A stretch of 64,000 bases of DNA from a virus (lineage: Duplodnaviria > Caudoviricetes), in IMG/VR virus record IMGVR_UViG_2595698882_000001, positions 64,001 through 128,000 of that record; one strand, written 5' to 3'. A model generated the notes under the pieces. That model ran no database searches and had not been told where the DNA came from. It saw nothing but the letters and a program-made list of their open reading frames with translations. The first letter of the stretch is position 1, and each line of letters begins with the position of its first letter. Below, one piece after another: positions 60,141 through 64,000 of this stretch. The position numbers and the translations under genes are program-made.

Positions 60141-60245
60141 ATGTCACATCCAGTAGCAGTAATCATCGCATGCGCTATAGGAATTGTCCTAGTAAGGGTA
60201 ACGATGGATATTAGAGAAAAAGCAAATAAGAAAAGGCGGCGTTAA
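60141..60245 (+). CDS. 34-aa single-TM peptide, absent from the ORF track
   Basis: AGGAG RBS; hydrophobic N-half and basic tail. Confidence 0.5.
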   Translation: MSHPVAVIIACAIGIVLVRVTMDIREKANKKRRR

Positions 60246-60246
60246 G

Positions 60247-60510
60247 ATGAAAAAATCGGGATTTTGGTTATCCATGCCAAACTTAGGTAAGTGGCTTATA
60301 GCTCTCTATGTCGGGTTAGGGTTCGGACACGTGGTGTGGGAAGACGTGGTACAATACTCTATAAAAGAACATCCGGGTTCATCACTCCTAGTCTACGTTA
60401 GTGCCATAGGTATTGGCATAATGGGAGCGAAGGACATTATCGAAGTATATGCTAAGTCTAAATACCAAGCAGGCAATGAAGAAAGTAACAGGAGAAAAGG
60501 AGAAGATTAA
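60247..60510 (+). CDS. Membrane protein with two TM segments
   Basis: Two hydrophobic segments. Confidence 0.6.
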   Translation: MKKSGFWLSMPNLGKWLIALYVGLGFGHVVWEDVVQYSIKEHPGSSLLVYVSAIGIGIMGAKDIIEVYAKSKYQAGNEESNRRKGED

Positions 60511-60541
60511 ATGAAAAAGAACATAAAGGAGGAAGAGTTAA

Positions 60542-60709
60542 ATGCAAAGAAAAGAGCAGCTAAATTTTATCCGAGATAGTATTGATGCGTTTGAAGGTCC
60601 CTTCACCAAGGCTGAGATGGACACGATCATGGAGGAGGACTTCCTCCATCTTAGTGATGAAGAACTAGCAGAGCGGACAGCTTGGTACGAGGAGTTATGG
60701 TTAAAATAA
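60542..60709 (+). CDS. 55-aa acidic protein, absent from the ORF track
   Basis: AGGAGG RBS; MQRKEQLNFIRDS...LSDEELAERTAWYEELWLK. Confidence 0.6.
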   Translation: MQRKEQLNFIRDSIDAFEGPFTKAEMDTIMEEDFLHLSDEELAERTAWYEELWLK

Positions 60710-60729
60710 TCAAGGGGAGGGGCTAAATA

Positions 60730-60924
60730 GTGCCTAAGTTTGAAGTAACATACGAGCATGAGATTGTTAGAACATACAAAGTTACAGTAGAGGCGGACTC
60801 GATAGAAGACGCACATAACAAAGTTGACTACCTAGAGTTCGATACCAGCGATGAGGAGCTTGTAGACGAAGAGGGTTTACGAATAAATGTCACTGATATT
60901 GAAGAAGTCGAGGAGGGAGAGTAA
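60730..60924 (+). CDS. Very acidic small protein
   Basis: GGAGG RBS; V.VEADS.EDA motif. Confidence 0.65.
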   Translation: MPKFEVTYEHEIVRTYKVTVEADSIEDAHNKVDYLEFDTSDEELVDEEGLRINVTDIEEVEEGE

Positions 60925-61233
60925 GTGGCTAAGAAAAAGCAGAACCTCGCAGACCAGATAAGCGAGTGGGATAAAGTAATCCAGAAACAGTTTGATGACA
61001 AACGGGAAAGAGACCAGCTGCTGGAACCCAGTCGACCAGCCATCCCTCGTATCGTCAATTCAGCACAGGCTTTAGGTAGGATGGCGCACTACATTCAGAT
61101 GACCTCCGATATGGCACATGAAGGACTTCTTGCCGCAGATAAAGCGCAAAGGATTATAGACAACCAGATCAAGCATATGACCAATGAGATGACTTACCTC
61201 TCCATGTTTTTGAAAAAGGAGGACGAAGAGTAA
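60925..61233 (+). CDS. Hypothetical protein
   Basis: RBS; tight packing. Confidence 0.6.
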   Translation: MAKKKQNLADQISEWDKVIQKQFDDKRERDQLLEPSRPAIPRIVNSAQALGRMAHYIQMTSDMAHEGLLAADKAQRIIDNQIKHMTNEMTYLSMFLKKEDEE

Positions 61234-61355
61234 TGGAGGACCTTTCAATTGCTTTATTTATGATCTTCTGTACTCCTCTTGGGTGGGCAGGTATCTTCAT
61301 CTTTGGATTAGCAGCCAGCTTTGTCATTAAAGCGTGGAGAGGGGTTAAAAAGTGA
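61233..61355 (+). CDS. 40-aa membrane peptide, absent from the ORF track
   Basis: AGGAGG RBS; TAATG and GTGA coupling; hydrophobic. Confidence 0.55.
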   Translation: MEDLSIALFMIFCTPLGWAGIFIFGLAASFVIKAWRGVKK

Positions 61356-61792
61356 CTAATACCCTAGACAAGCAGCTCATGTTAAAACGACTTCGTTATG
61401 TTGCTGAAAAGCTGCGGGAGTATGAATCAAAACATCCCGAGCAAGAAGCGTACATTTTAGGCGGACTTCAGGTAGTAACTGACCTCGAATACCAGATTAG
61501 AAACGGTCTGTACGATGCTGAGGTCGGGAAGGGGCATCTCATAGGCTGTCAAACAGGTCGGTTCTCCAGCAGCGAGCCTAACCTAAGTGCAGAACCTAAG
61601 AGTGATCCTCTTGTTGTAAACGGACATGTGCTTTATACCAAGGAGGATTTTAAAGACATGATCGGAGAGGAACTGGAGAGCAGCTATACTGCACACCTTG
61701 TCTTGGATGGTGGTCTCGCTATTTGTAAAATCTGTGGGGAAGGGGAAGCAGGATTAGACAATCCTTGCAAACCGAAGGAGGACAGTGTATGA
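61352..61792 (+). CDS. Hypothetical protein with PolA-like TGRFSSxxPNL motif and C-terminal zinc-ribbon-like H..CxxC..C
   Basis: GCQTGRFSSSEPNLS; H......AICKICG......PC. Confidence 0.6.
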   Translation: MTNTLDKQLMLKRLRYVAEKLREYESKHPEQEAYILGGLQVVTDLEYQIRNGLYDAEVGKGHLIGCQTGRFSSSEPNLSAEPKSDPLVVNGHVLYTKEDFKDMIGEELESSYTAHLVLDGGLAICKICGEGEAGLDNPCKPKEDSV

Positions 61793-62016
61793 CAGTATAC
61801 TACACAATGATGGGGTACTTTCCTGTACTAAGAAGAAAGATGGATGCAGAGTTTAAGCGGGTAGGATTCAAAAACATCAAGGAGAAACGCTGGTTCCTCA
61901 ACAAAGTCCTCGGTAAAGCGCCTTACTTAAACAGTATGTCTATTGTGGAGATGGAGAGGATTATCTCCGAGTTACAAAAGTATGAAGATGTGAGTGAGAT
62001 TGAGGGTAATGCATAA
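61789..62016 (+). CDS. Hypothetical protein
   Basis: AGGAGG RBS; ATGA overlap. Confidence 0.6.
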   Translation: MTVYYTMMGYFPVLRRKMDAEFKRVGFKNIKEKRWFLNKVLGKAPYLNSMSIVEMERIISELQKYEDVSEIEGNA

Positions 62017-62320
62017 TACAAATGATCCTAGAAGCATGTTCAAAGCAGTTAGACTACCTCCAAAACAAGAATTTCCATGGGAGATCGGCAGTTTAAAAAG
62101 GAAAGGTAAGCGGAGACTATCGTGGTCAGAGGAAAACCCAAGATGGGTTAATGTCGAAGAGTTCTGGGGCATGCCACTTTATTATGGGGTAGACCTAGAG
62201 GATTTTGGAACAGACAACTGGAGTTTATACGGTTGTATAGCAGAAGACAAGTCTATCTATGACGATCTCGCTGAATACGTTGAAAAGTATAACAAAATGA
62301 AATCGAATAAGCAACCCTAA
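62009..62320 (+). CDS. Hypothetical protein
   Basis: Coupled start; terminator at 62354-62383. Confidence 0.6.
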   Translation: MHNTNDPRSMFKAVRLPPKQEFPWEIGSLKRKGKRRLSWSEENPRWVNVEEFWGMPLYYGVDLEDFGTDNWSLYGCIAEDKSIYDDLAEYVEKYNKMKSNKQP

Positions 62321-62416
62321 TACAGAGGACGAGAAATAAGGGCTTATACCAGTAAAAACAAGGGTTATCCCCTTGTTTTTTTTATTATGTACAGACATAG
62401 GATTCCGCATATGCCC

Positions 62417-62491
62417 ATAAAGTATAATCACAAGGGTATTACAAAGTATGCGAAGGAATGACAAAGGAGGAGTTAGGTATGACAAGGTATG
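62417..62491 (+). repeat. Seven degenerate 10-11-bp direct repeats (consensus ACAAGGTATG), parC-like
   Basis: ATAAAGTATA, ACAAGGGTATT, ACAAAGTATG, CGAAGGAATG, ACAAAGGAGG, AGTTAGGTATG and ACAAGGTATG span the -10 box, RBS and start of the parM-like gene. Confidence 0.6.
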
Positions 62492-63558
62492 CGGGTTTTA
62501 ATGTAAAAGCGTTGGACGATGGGTACGGGGATGTAAAATTCGACAGCACAGGTTCTCCTAATCTTATCCCATCATTCGTCACAAGTTTTAAGGAGAAGCC
62601 TAAAAAGGACTTTGGGCAAGACAGCAAGCTACGGTATGTAGCCAGTGAGATTGACGGAGAAAGATATGTAGTAGGAGACTACGCAATGAAGCTGGACCCA
62701 AACATCATCTGGGCTGGAGGGGAAAACAAACACGCTGACAAGAGGTTCCCGGTCTTATTAAAAACTACCCTTGGGTTAATGAGCTCGGGAAGACATGAAG
62801 TAATCGACACACTTATGATGAACCTCCCTATCAGATACGACACAGAGGAAAGACGGCAGCAGCTTACAGAAGTAGCTCAAGGCACTCATACCGTAGCTTT
62901 AAGTAGCGATGGGATGAACTTCATTAAAAGAATGGTCACAGTAAACAACGTGGAGATTAAGAAGCAGCCGTTCGGTAGCCTGTGTGATGTGATACTTGAT
63001 GGTAACGGAGACATCATTGATAAGGACACAGCCAAAGGGTTCAACGTCATCGTAGATGTAGGTGCCCGGACACTAAACATCCTCACTGTAGACGCCTTAG
63101 AGGAACAGACAGAGCTTTCATTACAAACGAACGATGGGATGTACACCGCATTCAGTCAGGTAGGTTCCTATCTAGAGAAGGAGCTTGACGTGATCATCCC
63201 GGACGGTAAGCTTCCGCAGATCATTAGTCAAAAGGAAATCAAGAACATGGATATCACACCGCTTATTAATAGCACATACGAGAATCATGCCAACACAATA
63301 CTAGCTGTACTAGACAAGGTGCTAGTCAACTCATGGGGTTTTGTTACTTCCGTCATCTTCACAGGCGGAGGAGCCGGGAAAGAGCTGCTGAGACCGTATA
63401 TTGAAAAGCGCTTCAACAGAGTACCTTCTATCTTCTTGGACCGTTATTCGAATGTCAGAGGTCTCCGCAAATATGGAATCCGACAATCGAAAAAGAACCC
63501 TAAGAAGGTAAATAACATTAAGATTCAGGTGGGTAATCATGAGTACAGTCCGAAGTAA
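62479..63558 (+). CDS. ParM/StbA-family actin-like ATPase
   Basis: Phosphate 1 ALDDGYGDVK, connect-1 QPFG, phosphate 2 VDVGARTLN, adenosine FTGGGA, NVRG. Confidence 0.9.
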   Translation: MTRYAGFNVKALDDGYGDVKFDSTGSPNLIPSFVTSFKEKPKKDFGQDSKLRYVASEIDGERYVVGDYAMKLDPNIIWAGGENKHADKRFPVLLKTTLGLMSSGRHEVIDTLMMNLPIRYDTEERRQQLTEVAQGTHTVALSSDGMNFIKRMVTVNNVEIKKQPFGSLCDVILDGNGDIIDKDTAKGFNVIVDVGARTLNILTVDALEEQTELSLQTNDGMYTAFSQVGSYLEKELDVIIPDGKLPQIISQKEIKNMDITPLINSTYENHANTILAVLDKVLVNSWGFVTSVIFTGGGAGKELLRPYIEKRFNRVPSIFLDRYSNVRGLRKYGIRQSKKNPKKVNNIKIQVGNHEYSPK

Positions 63559-63847
63559 GAAAAACAACAGACGAACACTTTACCTTAGTGACAGGAAGGA
63601 TAAGGACATTCTGGAGTATATTGAGCCGCTTATGGATGAACGCTATGACTTTTCCTTTGTGATCCGGGAGCTGGTTAGAGATGGGATTAAGTATAGAACC
63701 TGCCCGACAGCAGCTCCCGCACCACCTACCCAAGTTGTACCACAGGAAAATGGCATACAAAGTAATCCTCCTGAGCTGTCCAATATCGTTTTGAAGAAGA
63801 AAGAGTTGTCCGATGCAGACATCGAGGATAGGCTAGATAGCTTCTAA
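63539..63847 (+). CDS. ParR-like ribbon-helix-helix adaptor
   Basis: RRTLYLS...DKDILEYIE......FSFVIRELVRDGI (RHH-like); Pro-rich linker; acidic C-terminal helix; overlaps the parM-like gene. Confidence 0.7.
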   Translation: MSTVRSKKNNRRTLYLSDRKDKDILEYIEPLMDERYDFSFVIRELVRDGIKYRTCPTAAPAPPTQVVPQENGIQSNPPELSNIVLKKKELSDADIEDRLDSF

Positions 63848-64000
63848 TTTCCCGCTTCTTTCCCAAAAGCCTTATTTCCGGCGGGAAACGGGAAAAATAC
63901 AGTAAAAAGCCCGAAAATAGTGTGTTTTTAGAGTGTGGGAATTAAGGAAATAAGGGAAGAAAGAGGTGAGAAAAGGTGGTCAAATACACGATCACTTCAC

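Noticed and set aside
1-64000. tRNA/rRNA genes, integrase, or SPO1-type hmU synthesis genes
   Set aside because: No cloverleaf or T-loop signatures were seen in the gaps, and no recombinase or dUMP hydroxymethylase motifs occur in this window

Overview
A 64-kb slice of a large lytic Bacillus myovirus genome. Gene content and order indicate Herelleviridae, of the Bastillevirinae/SBSphiJ-Grass-phiNIT1 type. All real genes lie on the + strand. In order: baseplate/tail-fibre module (1-10.5 kb); an AT-rich palindromic gap; replication module (SF2 helicase, HTH/Rep protein, DnaB, SbcD/SbcC, primase, dUTPase, resolvase); class Ib ribonucleotide reductase operon (nrdI-E-F-H); an anti-defence patch containing Apyc1; HU; a family A DNA polymerase split by two group I introns, each carrying an endonuclease ORF; SSB, RecA, a phage sigma factor and a holin; a degenerate DHH protein and a metallophosphoesterase; many small accessory genes; a SigF/G-like sigma factor with an extra HTH; RtcB; and a ParM/ParR-like pair with phased upstream repeats. 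Best leads: (1) an ACAGT-N6-ACTGT palindrome in four promoters, one of them driving an HTH gene; (2) a ParMRC-like cassette with candidate parC iterons; (3) an intron whose HNH ORF sits in the P7.2 extension and runs into the ribozyme core; (4) a sigma-HTH fusion with a paralogous HTH neighbour; (5) strict CCWGG avoidance. No tRNA, rRNA or CRISPR array was seen. All calls come from reading motifs by eye; no database search was run.
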